Shown here piece by piece: positions 29,467 to 39,138 of a DNA stretch of 64,000 nt. Position numbers and translations under genes: made by a program. Source of the stretch: Pseudomonadota bacterium (lineage in GTDB: Bacteria > Bdellovibrionota_C > UBA2361 > OMII01); contig JAYPVM010000007.1 of assembly GCA_038134595.1 (NCBI GenBank), forward strand, positions 1 to 64,000, in the 5' to 3' direction. How positions within the stretch are numbered: the stretch's first letter is position 1; each line of letters starts with the position of its first letter. A model generated the notes under the pieces. The model ran no database searches and had not been told where the DNA came from. It worked only from the letters and a program-made list of their open reading frames with translations.

Positions 29467-29919
29467 CTAGAGAGCTATCTGAACCTTACTTAAGGCTTCA
29501 GACACCTTCTTTGCCTCATCAACAGGAGACAATGCGTGGTCAGAGGCTTTACCCTCGATAATCTCTTTGTATGCCGAGTAGATGACCTCTATAAGACTAA
29601 TCACTTTTTCTACTCGCTTGGTATCTCGATAGAGGTTAGCCTCGCTTAGGTAAAACAGCATAAAATCGTATAGTCTCTCGAGATCGCGGGCTATGGTACC
29701 CCCCTTCTCGAAATCAAGCGTATTCATCAATTCCGCGACAATGGCCTGACCCTTACTTAAATATCGGCAAAATTTTGCGATGTCCTTCTCCTCAAGCCCT
29801 GTAACACTCTGCTTAAGAAAGTTAATAGCACCTTCGTACAGCATCAACAGCAAGCGTCCCCTATCTGTTGTAGTAATCTGGACCGCGTGGTACGTAGAGT
29901 GTGCATTTTTGCTGTACAT
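29467..29919 (-). CDS. fliS: Flagellin export chaperone FliS
   Basis: LLLMLYEGAINFL, ELMNTLDFEKGGTIARDLERLYDFM. Confidence 0.95.
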   Translation of the reverse strand: MYSKNAHSTYHAVQITTTDRGRLLLMLYEGAINFLKQSVTGLEEKDIAKFCRYLSKGQAIVAELMNTLDFEKGGTIARDLERLYDFMLFYLSEANLYRDTKRVEKVISLIEVIYSAYKEIIEGKASDHALSPVDEAKKVSEALSKVQIAL

Positions 29920-30258
29920 GGTGAGCTCATTCCTCTTTAGTCTTCAAATGGTTTACTTGACCATCTGAGGGCTGTGAAACGCGCAGTGCGTAACAACCCA
30001 TTTTTAATCGATACAACTAAACTGCAAGAACTCCTGATACCACTTCAAGGAGGAAAAGAAGAAAACAAACAACCGCTCCCAAATCCTGCCTGCTATGAGA
30101 AGAGTCGGATATCGTGTTTTTTTTCTGAAGGGTTTTTTAAGGATTTTACAAGTGGTTTATTTTACTATCAAAATCGAGAGGGCGCACAAAAACATCCGCT
30201 ACACTCTCGATGTCTCAAGCCATCTAGCGACCACTCTTTACGGTGCGCACACCCTTGG

Positions 30259-31059
30259 CTAGCTAGAACGTGTTTTCGCAAGCTCTCCCGCTCGAACTCT
30301 GGCGGCATCGATAGCTGTAGCGAGGACCGTAGTCGCATTACTATCTTCAAGCACAGAAAACGCCCGGGCGGTTGTTCCGTTCGGCGATGTTACTTTTTGC
30401 CGTAAGGAGGCAAAATTATCACCACTATTTTCAAGGTACGATAGGGTACTCCTAAGTGTTTGCAACACCAATGTGCGAGCCTCCTTCGAATCAAAACCGT
30501 GCTGCTCGGCTGACGCCTGTAATTGTTCGGCCAACCAACAGATATAAGCAGGGCCACTTCCTGCAACCGCTGTGCTCACTTCAAGCATCTGCTCATCGCT
30601 TACTCTAAAAATAGGTCCGCCCAATCGAAGCAGACTCTCGAGCTTACTTCGATATTCTTCCAATTCCAGAGGAAGAAAATAACTTGTAGCGCTCTCTCCC
30701 ACTACAACACCTAGGTTGGGCATCGCTCGCGCGACACATTTATGATCATACATTGATTGAAGACTACTGCACGAAACACCCGCCATAACGGAGAGAATAA
30801 GCGCAGTTTTGGGCATATTCCCAACGAGAACAGGTTCTAATGAGCTCGCATCCTGCGGTTTAACGGCAACGATGACGATCTCATCTTGAGAACACTGTAG
30901 TGACGACCGCACAGGAAGTTCTAGAGAGCGTGCTATTATTTGAGTCTTCGATGAATCTCGTGATACAAGCGTTATGTCATCCCGTGACAGCCCAGACTCC
31001 AAAAACCGCTTGGCGAGAGCGCCTCCTAGATTGCCAACACCTACGATAGTAATTTTCAC
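30259..31059 (-). CDS. proC: Pyrroline-5-carboxylate reductase
   Basis: GVGNLG, AVKPQ, SVMAGV, RAMPN, AGSGPAY, VTSPNGTT. Confidence 0.93.
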   Translation of the reverse strand: MKITIVGVGNLGGALAKRFLESGLSRDDITLVSRDSSKTQIIARSLELPVRSSLQCSQDEIVIVAVKPQDASSLEPVLVGNMPKTALILSVMAGVSCSSLQSMYDHKCVARAMPNLGVVVGESATSYFLPLELEEYRSKLESLLRLGGPIFRVSDEQMLEVSTAVAGSGPAYICWLAEQLQASAEQHGFDSKEARTLVLQTLRSTLSYLENSGDNFASLRQKVTSPNGTTARAFSVLEDSNATTVLATAIDAARVRAGELAKTRSS

Positions 31060-31340
31060 TCGCCTTTTCCTCGCGCCTCATTCTCTACTTCCGCAAGACT
31101 CCCCTCGCTTAAACCCAGAAAACGCATCATTTGGTCGACTAAAACCTGGTAGTCTCGTGGGTCGGCCATGTTTAAACGATACTCATTTAGCACCTTAATT
31201 TGAACATCCTTGTTCCACTCCTCCCATGCAGCGAGAGAAACATTCTCAAATATTTTAATGCCGACATCTCCACTAAATGGTGGTTTCTCCAAACCAGGCA
31301 TCTCTTTCTTATATTTTGAGCACAATACTTTTCGTTCCAT
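31056..31340 (-). CDS. yggX: Fe(II)-trafficking / oxidative damage protection protein
   Basis: VLCSKYKKEMPGLEKPPF...IFENVS..AWEEW...NEYRLN. GTGA overlap with proC. Confidence 0.9.
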   Translation of the reverse strand: MERKVLCSKYKKEMPGLEKPPFSGDVGIKIFENVSLAAWEEWNKDVQIKVLNEYRLNMADPRDYQVLVDQMMRFLGLSEGSLAEVENEARGKGE

Positions 31341-31474
31341 GAAACCCTCCGAATACGATCGTTGCAATACACTACATCGTTAGACACGATTTGTCACAGG
31401 ACCCTGCTTCTTCCCCCCGCTCCTGTCATCACGGGCCATCAAATTCGCATTCCGACCATGCCCGAGGATCTAGC

Positions 31475-31487
31475 TAACCCATTGATA
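31475..31487 (-). promoter_or_regulatory. IHF-type binding site
   Basis: Minus strand TATCAATGGGTTA is an exact WATCAA-N4-TTR match, between divergent yggX and the ECF sigma gene. Confidence 0.4.
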
Positions 31488-31619
31488 TGGCTAAACTTCA
31501 CAACCCTCAGGGTCGGTTATTTTCAAACGCTCTCATCTTTTTACAAAACTGTGACAACTCTCCGGCCACATCATGCAACGGTAGATGTCAAGCGATGTAC
31601 GTTTTTGGAGGGGGGAACC

Positions 31620-32246
31620 ATGACTACATACAAAACTGACAGACAACTTATTTCGGAGATAAAAAATAACAACGAGAGCTGCTTTGAAGAGCTCATCAAT
31701 CGATACAGCACCAAGGTATTTAACCTGGCCATGAGAATTACTCGCAACCAGGAGGATGCAGAGGACGTACTCCAAGAGGTTTGTGCCACGGTCTATACAA
31801 AAATTGCAAGCTTCGAGGGTAAATCGCAGTTCTCTAGCTGGCTGTACCGTGTGGCGATGAACTCAAGTTTCATGAAGATTCGCTCACGCAAACGGAGAAG
31901 AACAGTCTCCATTGAAGACCTTGAACCGGGTGGTCATCAAAACTGGGGTTCTAATAGGGCAGAACTGACCGACATCGACACGATGTCAACACGACATGAA
32001 CTACGGGAAGCTATTGAACGAGCGGTAGACGACCTACCAAAAGAATACAAAGCTATCTTCGTCCTACGAGACATCGATGGATTGTCGAATCAATCGGTTA
32101 GTGAAGTCTTAGAACTTTCGGTGCCAGCCGTCAAAAGTCGCCTGCACAGGTCAAGACTACTTATGAGAGAGAAGCTACAGCCTCACTATGACGAACTATG
32201 CAACAAGGCTGACGCGTGGGATGAGGCACAGATGTACGTGGTATAA
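31620..32246 (+). CDS. ECF sigma factor (sigma-70 family)
   Basis: Region 2 DAEDVLQE...FSSWLYRVAMN and region 4 LRDIDGLS...VKSRLHRSR. Start moved to ATG 31620 behind GGAGGGG. Confidence 0.92.
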   Translation: MTTYKTDRQLISEIKNNNESCFEELINRYSTKVFNLAMRITRNQEDAEDVLQEVCATVYTKIASFEGKSQFSSWLYRVAMNSSFMKIRSRKRRRTVSIEDLEPGGHQNWGSNRAELTDIDTMSTRHELREAIERAVDDLPKEYKAIFVLRDIDGLSNQSVSEVLELSVPAVKSRLHRSRLLMREKLQPHYDELCNKADAWDEAQMYVV

Positions 32247-32343
32247 CTGAATACCTCCAACAGGTCGCAGCTCATGATACTACAATCTGTGCGCGGCCTT
32301 ATCTTGCTCTGACCTCTATAGTGCGCTATTGAAACGTCTATCT

Positions 32344-32937
32344 ATGACGTTTATATCAGCCTTCTATAATTTCTCGATCGAATTGAATCATGCAGACCGA
32401 GGCATCTTCACATCGTTTCGAACCAAAGTGCCTAGACATGAATTAGAATCTTCAGAGCATTTTTTTGCCTCTATTCTTGCCTACTGCCACGCCTATACCC
32501 CCGAGTTAAAGTTCTCAAACGCTTCGTCACCCGACGTTCCTTCGATGTGGGCCCATGACCCAGTTGGAAACGTGCTGACCTGGATTCAGGTGGGAGTCCC
32601 TAAAAAGCGTCTACTTGAGCTCTCTTTGAAGCAAAATCCAGACACACAACACCTAGTGTATTTCTATAGAGAGGAAGACATAGCAAAATTCTGTCACTAT
32701 CTACGGGGAAGCACCTCTAATTGGATTAAGCAGGTCACGTTCTATCAACTTTCTCTCGGCGTTCTCGAACAGCTCGGTGCAATAGAAGACACGAGTCCTA
32801 GATGGAACATTTCATTTATCGATAACACAATCTATCTAACTATTAATTCTCTCGATATCGAATCTGAATTGACGCCGATTAATATGTGGGATGCATTTCA
32901 AATATCTTTACTTAGCTCCCATGGCGCGGAACAGTAG
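32344..32937 (+). CDS. yaeQ: YaeQ family protein
   Basis: RHELESSEHF..ILAYCH, PDVPSMWAHDPVG..LTWIQVGVP pattern. Confidence 0.75.
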   Translation: MTFISAFYNFSIELNHADRGIFTSFRTKVPRHELESSEHFFASILAYCHAYTPELKFSNASSPDVPSMWAHDPVGNVLTWIQVGVPKKRLLELSLKQNPDTQHLVYFYREEDIAKFCHYLRGSTSNWIKQVTFYQLSLGVLEQLGAIEDTSPRWNISFIDNTIYLTINSLDIESELTPINMWDAFQISLLSSHGAEQ

Positions 32938-32978
32938 TTGTTACGGTCGACTGTCCAAACTCTCGAATAATCGCCTCG

Positions 32979-34187
32979 CTATTCGTATCGCAAGGCGTCT
33001 AATGTCTCGATTTTTGAGGCACGCCAGGCTGGGCCAACGCCAAAGACAATTCCCACTAAAAGTGACATTGCAAACGCAGGCAGTAGAATCCACCATGGCG
33101 AGCGCATATCAAAGAGAGGAAAAAATGCATGAAGGATGTGTGTTAGACACAGTGCTCCCCCCACTCCAAGCACGCCACCTAAGACAGAGAGTCCGAGCGC
33201 CTCAGCCAAGAACTGCTGGAGGATGTCTCGACGAGTTGCTCCAACAGCTCGCCTAATGCCTATCTCCTGGGTACGCTCTACAACAGAAACCCACGTAATG
33301 TTCATGATGCCTATTCCACCAACTACAAGTGAAATTGCCGCAATAGCTGCTAGCACGTACGTTAGCATCGATAGAATTGTATTCAGACTCTCCATCATTG
33401 AAAGCTGCGTCAGGATCGTAAAATCCTCCTCTCCATCACGTCGTGCACGGAGAATCTCTCGAATCTCCTCAACTGCATCATCCATACTTACTCGAGATGA
33501 TGCTTTTGCACGAATCCCAAAGAGCTTGTCTTCATTAAACAACTTAAGCGCCGCTGTTGTTGGTATAAAAGCCAGTTCGTCAAAACTAAGACCCAACTTA
33601 TCGCCCATCGGAGCAAGGACTCCCACGATACGAAACTCACTCTCGTTTAACTTGATTCGCTTTCCAAGGGGATTCTCATCACCAAACAATTCTCGTGCGA
33701 TATTACGTCCGATAACTATCACCCGCCTTCGGTAGTCATTCTCTTCTCGAGTAAAATATCCACCCTGTCCTATAGCTATCGATAAGATCTCGGGGAATTG
33801 TTCGTTTGTTCCAAAAATCGTGATGTTACTCAATGATTCATCATAGCGAGCAGATACTGTGCCCAATACTAGTCCCGATACGGCCTCGATATTTCGCGCC
33901 TCGCGCTCAATCGCCGAGACATCGAGAACTGTCATCTTTCTTTGCGCCGCCCCTACGGGTGGGCCCATATGCGTCTTCTTATCCGATTTGCCCGGCTGGA
34001 CAACAATAAGATTAGTTCCTAGCCCCTCAAATTCCTTTAAGACATACCGCTTTGCACCCTCTCCAAGAGATACCAGCAACACAACAGCACCTACGCCGAT
34101 AACCATGCCAAGAATAGTTAAAAGAGTCCGTAGTTTTTGTGCCCACAAAGACTCCCATGACATTCGAACAATAGCCCTAGCCTGCAT
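32979..34187 (-). CDS. MacB/FtsX-type ABC transporter permease
   Basis: LRTLLTILGMVIGV, VGGIGIMNI..VSVVERTQEIGIRRAVGA, ALRYE end. Confidence 0.92.
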   Translation of the reverse strand: MQARAIVRMSWESLWAQKLRTLLTILGMVIGVGAVVLLVSLGEGAKRYVLKEFEGLGTNLIVVQPGKSDKKTHMGPPVGAAQRKMTVLDVSAIEREARNIEAVSGLVLGTVSARYDESLSNITIFGTNEQFPEILSIAIGQGGYFTREENDYRRRVIVIGRNIARELFGDENPLGKRIKLNESEFRIVGVLAPMGDKLGLSFDELAFIPTTAALKLFNEDKLFGIRAKASSRVSMDDAVEEIREILRARRDGEEDFTILTQLSMMESLNTILSMLTYVLAAIAAISLVVGGIGIMNITWVSVVERTQEIGIRRAVGATRRDILQQFLAEALGLSVLGGVLGVGGALCLTHILHAFFPLFDMRSPWWILLPAFAMSLLVGIVFGVGPAWRASKIETLDALRYE

Positions 34188-34875
34188 AGGAATCTCCCAC
34201 GAGCGCTCCATCTTCAAGCACTAATTTTCTAGGCGCTCGTTCAGCAATACGGGGATCATGTGTGACGATTATAATCGTTACCCCCTCACTATGAAGCGAT
34301 TCGAAAAGACCTATAATCTCATTACCACTCTTAGAATCAAGATTCCCCGTTGGTTCGTCTGCAAATATTACCCGTGGCTTATTCACAATCGCTCGCGCGA
34401 TGGCGACCCTTTGGCGTTGGCCACCTGAAAGCTGGTTGGGAATATGCTCCATCCGATCTGCCAACCCAACTCTCTGCAATACCTGTCGCGCCATCTCTTC
34501 TTGCGCCTGCACATCAATAATTCCACCATGGGATGCCGAATATAAGAGAGGCATCATGACATTTTTTAAGGCTGTCGCTCTTGGTATGAGATGAAAACTC
34601 TGAAAAACAAACCCCATGTATACATTTCTTAAACGAGCTCTCTCGGCATCTGACAACATGCTTGTCGACGACTCTTGTACGAGATACTCTCCGGCTGAAG
34701 GGACATCAAGAAGCCCCATCATATACAACAACGTAGACTTTCCGCTTCCTGAAGCACCGGTTATAGCAACATACTCTCCCGCCTGTATCTGAACATTCAC
34801 AGAGCGAACTGCTGTGATTTTTTCATCTCCCCGATAAAAAACTTTCTCAACATCTCGAAGATCAAGGAGTGCCAT
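34177..34875 (-). CDS. ABC transporter ATP-binding protein (LolD/MacB-like)
   Basis: [30 protein letters not shown]. Confidence 0.95.
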   Translation of the reverse strand: MALLDLRDVEKVFYRGDEKITAVRSVNVQIQAGEYVAITGASGSGKSTLLYMMGLLDVPSAGEYLVQESSTSMLSDAERARLRNVYMGFVFQSFHLIPRATALKNVMMPLLYSASHGGIIDVQAQEEMARQVLQRVGLADRMEHIPNQLSGGQRQRVAIARAIVNKPRVIFADEPTGNLDSKSGNEIIGLFESLHSEGVTIIIVTHDPRIAERAPRKLVLEDGALVGDSYAG

Positions 34876-34881
34876 AGTCTC

Positions 34882-35886
34882 TTACTCCTGAATCTCGATA
34901 TCCATCTGATCTTTTAACTCAAACTTATCCGAAGGCATCGCAATAACATCGTGTAACTTCAAACCATGCACAATCTCTGTAGAGACAAATCCACTAATAC
35001 CGACTTGCACCTCTCGTTTTTCCAACTGACCAGACCGAACCACGTATACATGGCGTTTTCCTCCCCGTCCCAAAACAGCTTGCGACGGCGCAACTAAAAC
35101 ATCCTGCTTATGCTCTGTAACGATTTCAACATCGGCAGATGCCCCTACCGGGAGTAAAATCTCTTCGCTATCGATGGCAAGCTCAACTGCGGTAGTGCGG
35201 TCCTGCTCTCGAGCGCTACTGACAAATGGCACAACTTTGCGAACAGACCCCAAAAACGGCTCGCGACGAACAGCTAGGATCTTAATTCGCGCCTCTTGTC
35301 CAATTGCAATCTTGGAACTATCAACTTCATCTATCTCCACAGAGATATACCGTGGTTGCGTATCAACGATTCGTAGTGCTGGCGAAGGAATGACGGCGGT
35401 AATCTGAGAAAGTTGGCCAACCTCTAAATTACGCTCCACTATAATACCATTAAAAGGCGCCTTAATCAGGCTTTTCTCATACGCAATGCGAGCCGAATCA
35501 AAGAAGCCTTGCGCCTGAATAACAGTGCTCCGAGAAGCCGCTCGACTTTTCTCTAAACGCTCTGCTCGAGCAAGCTCTTCGCGGGCAACGCCAAGTTGTG
35601 AATGCAAATCATCGTTTTCTATCTCAGCCAAGATACTGCCGGCTGTTACAGCATCGCCAAGTGAAACAGCAACACGCTTAACCCTGCCTACTGCTCCAAA
35701 AGCTAGTTCAGCTACCTGCTCAGCTTCTACGGTGCCAGAATTTACTCCCACAACGACCGCCTCCACCTCGCCCTGTTCTACCGAGGCGATACGTATCAAT
35801 GCAGATTTTCGGCATCCCGATACGACACACAAAAGAAAAACAGCTATTGGAACAACAATAATCAGGCGAGTTTTGGACACGTTCAT
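34882..35886 (-). CDS. Periplasmic adaptor / membrane fusion protein (MacA-like)
   Basis: Possible lipobox VSGC, lipoyl-like GRVKRVAVSLGDAV, IKAPFNG; first gene of the ABC operon. Confidence 0.88.
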   Translation of the reverse strand: MNVSKTRLIIVVPIAVFLLCVVSGCRKSALIRIASVEQGEVEAVVVGVNSGTVEAEQVAELAFGAVGRVKRVAVSLGDAVTAGSILAEIENDDLHSQLGVAREELARAERLEKSRAASRSTVIQAQGFFDSARIAYEKSLIKAPFNGIIVERNLEVGQLSQITAVIPSPALRIVDTQPRYISVEIDEVDSSKIAIGQEARIKILAVRREPFLGSVRKVVPFVSSAREQDRTTAVELAIDSEEILLPVGASADVEIVTEHKQDVLVAPSQAVLGRGGKRHVYVVRSGQLEKREVQVGISGFVSTEIVHGLKLHDVIAMPSDKFELKDQMDIEIQE

Positions 35887-36114
35887 ATCAAATACTACCA
35901 AAGCGTTCTCAACACACGGTGGATATACTACAAATGGGATACCACAAAAGGAGTTGGGACAACACTAACCTCATTATCTAACGAACGACACTTGTCGTAG
36001 TACGCTCAAACTCTTCGAACGCCCATAAACGAACTCTAAGAGGCTCTGCACTAAGGTCATTATTATCAGCTAGTTATCTCATCGGGGGTTTGAAGAAAAT
36101 CCTTCTTTGAAAAG

Positions 36115-36654
36115 ATGACATCAAAGGTAAAGGTATCACAACTGCGTGTCGATCCACTCCTGGTAAGGAACCGTCCAATGAATACATTATTTCCTAAAAA
36201 CGCCACGCGAAGACTACCAAACACGGAAGCCACTATCCAACATAATGATCTCAACTCATTAGCCGTTCCGGAGCAGCCAGGCTTGGAACTACCACTACCA
36301 GAACACTCCCCCCAAACGGTCACTAGCAAACACAGTGGATCTACACAAATCGGCCTCAGTGATTTCAACTGTACCATTGTAGAAAACCGGATCACTGTCG
36401 CGATTGCCGGCCAAGAACTAACAGAAAGGTCTCGGGGATTCCTAGCTCGCCTAGCTAGACGCGGAAGCTCCAGGCAAGTTGATCTAACAACAGAATTTAC
36501 AGTTGGCTCCGATGAATGTCCCACGTGGGGGGACGCAAACAAAATCCTTGGTGCTCTCAAAACGATGCTTCAGATAACAGATGGCTATATCAACAACGGT
36601 TACCGCAAAGCTGTTCAATCCAGGCTTGCGCAAACAAAATCCTTAGTCGCTTAA
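36115..36654 (+). CDS. Hypothetical protein, start uncertain
   Basis: Longest ORF filling the gap. Its stop shares TTAA with the convergent permease stop. No motif recognised. Confidence 0.4.
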   Translation: MTSKVKVSQLRVDPLLVRNRPMNTLFPKNATRRLPNTEATIQHNDLNSLAVPEQPGLELPLPEHSPQTVTSKHSGSTQIGLSDFNCTIVENRITVAIAGQELTERSRGFLARLARRGSSRQVDLTTEFTVGSDECPTWGDANKILGALKTMLQITDGYINNGYRKAVQSRLAQTKSLVA

Positions 36655-39050
36655 AGATCTCGAAGCATCATCACTATAAGCATCGCAAATCCTATCACCA
36701 AAGCAAAAGGAGTTCCCACTCGAACGAAATCTCTTGCCTTATATCCACCTGCTCCTGTAACGAGCAGATTAGCACGACAGCTAGTCGGAAGCATAAATGA
36801 CAAGGAGCTTCCCAGAGTGATTGCGGTCAGTAATGCTGTTGGAGAAATATCACTATATCGACCCAACTCCAAAGCTAAGGGCCCCAAAAATATCACACCT
36901 ATTGAATTATCCGTCGTTTGGCTAATCAAGCTTCCAGCTACAAGAAAACCTATCGCCAGTACCAACGGTGGTAGTGTGCTCGCAGCCCCCTGAACCATCG
37001 GAACCAAATTGGCAGAGGAAATTATGTGCTCAACGGCGTGTCCTAGAGGTATCATCAACGCCAGAAGAAACACGACTCGCCAGTCGATCTCTCTATACAC
37101 CTGCTCCATCGTGATAGCACCGGTCAGCACCACGATACCTGCGGATAAGAACGCCGCTTCATGCGGTGGCATACCGGTCAAAAGCGGAACAAACATCAGC
37201 ATAAGAAGGGCTAGTACTGCAAAACCAGACTTAGGGCTTAATTGCGGAGTGCGGCGATGTTCAGACAAGAGAAGCACATCGGGATCCTTTGCCATTACCG
37301 GCAAATTCTTTCGTGGCCCCTGCACAAGCAATGCATCACCATAAAGAAGCGGCAATCCAGACGATAGCGAAAGCATTGGTTTTCCATTGCGCCAAAGAGC
37401 TATTACTTGATACCCATACTTTTCCCTAAAGTGTAGATCAGAGAGCGTCTTTCCTATGAGCTCCGAGCGAGGGGTCAAGATAAGCTCTACAATTCCTACA
37501 TCATCAGACTCAATCTCCGACGAACCGGCTTCCGCCTCAAACATCAACGTGCTTAAGCCTTCTCTGCGTTTAACATCTTCAATGTCGCCACTAACTAAAT
37601 ATCGCTCCCCCTCTCGCAACACATGATCTGCCGTCAAATGAGCGATAGAAGAAGACGTGGAATCCGGAGCACCTCCGCTAACATCAAACCATTCGATCGT
37701 ATTCTCGTTTGTAATTCGTCCCAAAATAGAGAGCTTCGTATCATGCGCTAAGCGATGCAAAGGCGCACCAGCCCATCCACCCTTGGTAATCGAAATCATA
37801 TAGAGTGCTTTCGATAGCGTCCGATTAAGATCTGTGATTTGCGTCACCTCGAGATCTAACTTCGATGATTCTTCCCGGTAGCGCTCAGGTATACAGCCGA
37901 TAATGACATCGCCCCGATGAACCATAGAGTCAAGAAACCAACTCGGGGGACGAGACTCCCACGCATCCTGCTTCGTTGTTCTGTCAACTGCTAATGGCAG
38001 AATCCCAGTCGTCTTAACGAGTTCTCGCAACAAGATGACCCTGTCATCTGTATGGACCTCCTCGATAGCACACCCTACCACCTGAAAATTCTGGCCTATC
38101 GCTTCAACAATATCTCTCGGAACAGAATCAATCGATAAGCCCTGCAATGCTTGTATCTGTTCAAATCTATCTGGATTTCCTCGTACTAACAAAACATCTC
38201 TGTTGTGTAGCTTTTCATGAGCTGTTGGTGACAACAGCTTACGGCCACCTCGAATAATAGTAACGACAGTGCCTCCGATAAAATTACCGAGGCGCACTTC
38301 GCCAAGGGTCGCACCGTCTAGAGACGAATCATCGGGTACCCGCACAGAAAAGATCCTATCTTGCAAATGATAAAGGGTGCGTAAGTCGGTTATCCTGCGG
38401 GTTACTCCGTGTGTCTTTCGAACAGGTAAAAGCTTATAACCAAATGAAACCATAAAGAGGATTCCGGCTCCCAGCGCCGCAAATGCATACGGCGCGTACT
38501 CAAAGAAGGAAAACGTCTCCATACCTCGATGACGAGCCAACTCAGCCGCTAGTATGTTTGGGGGAGACCCGATAATTGTGATCATTCCTCCAATCGTCAC
38601 CGAAAAGGCAAGTGGTATAAACAATCGTGAGGGAGGGATATTAACCTCTCGTGACAAAACAGCGACTGCCGGCATCAACAATGTCGCCGCTGATACGTTA
38701 TTCATGCACGATGAGAGCAAGGCTGAAACTACCATAATGACAGCAATCGAAACCCTTTCATTAGCTCCGGCATGGCGCTGAATAAAGCGAGCGATCGCAT
38801 CGCTTACCCCCGTCACCCGTAACGCCCCGGCAACAAACAAGGTGGAGACCATTACCACTACGACAGGAGAAGAGAAGCCAGCAAATGCCTCCTCTGTAGA
38901 TACGTATCCGCCAAGAAGCAAGATAATAACGACGGCCATCGCCGTTACATCAACCGGTAGCCGCTCAGTAACAAACAGCACCACCATGGTCACGACAACC
39001 GCTAAAAGCAACCACGAATGCGCAGATATCTGCAAAAGTAGCGGTGTCAT
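36651..39050 (-). CDS. SLC13/CitMHS-type permease with TrkA-C domains
   Basis: TERLPVD, MNNVSA, IIGSPPNIL, central TrkA-C-like repeats, GAGGYKARDFVRVG. Confidence 0.9.
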   Translation of the reverse strand: MTPLLLQISAHSWLLLAVVVTMVVLFVTERLPVDVTAMAVVIILLLGGYVSTEEAFAGFSSPVVVVMVSTLFVAGALRVTGVSDAIARFIQRHAGANERVSIAVIMVVSALLSSCMNNVSAATLLMPAVAVLSREVNIPPSRLFIPLAFSVTIGGMITIIGSPPNILAAELARHRGMETFSFFEYAPYAFAALGAGILFMVSFGYKLLPVRKTHGVTRRITDLRTLYHLQDRIFSVRVPDDSSLDGATLGEVRLGNFIGGTVVTIIRGGRKLLSPTAHEKLHNRDVLLVRGNPDRFEQIQALQGLSIDSVPRDIVEAIGQNFQVVGCAIEEVHTDDRVILLRELVKTTGILPLAVDRTTKQDAWESRPPSWFLDSMVHRGDVIIGCIPERYREESSKLDLEVTQITDLNRTLSKALYMISITKGGWAGAPLHRLAHDTKLSILGRITNENTIEWFDVSGGAPDSTSSSIAHLTADHVLREGERYLVSGDIEDVKRREGLSTLMFEAEAGSSEIESDDVGIVELILTPRSELIGKTLSDLHFREKYGYQVIALWRNGKPMLSLSSGLPLLYGDALLVQGPRKNLPVMAKDPDVLLLSEHRRTPQLSPKSGFAVLALLMLMFVPLLTGMPPHEAAFLSAGIVVLTGAITMEQVYREIDWRVVFLLALMIPLGHAVEHIISSANLVPMVQGAASTLPPLVLAIGFLVAGSLISQTTDNSIGVIFLGPLALELGRYSDISPTALLTAITLGSSLSFMLPTSCRANLLVTGAGGYKARDFVRVGTPFALVIGFAMLIVMMLRDL

Positions 39051-39138
39051 AACCTCACGCTGTCAAAATTATTCGCCGTTTATACCCGAAGACCACGGAG
39101 CACACTCCATAACTACCTAAAACGATCGTATATTTATT

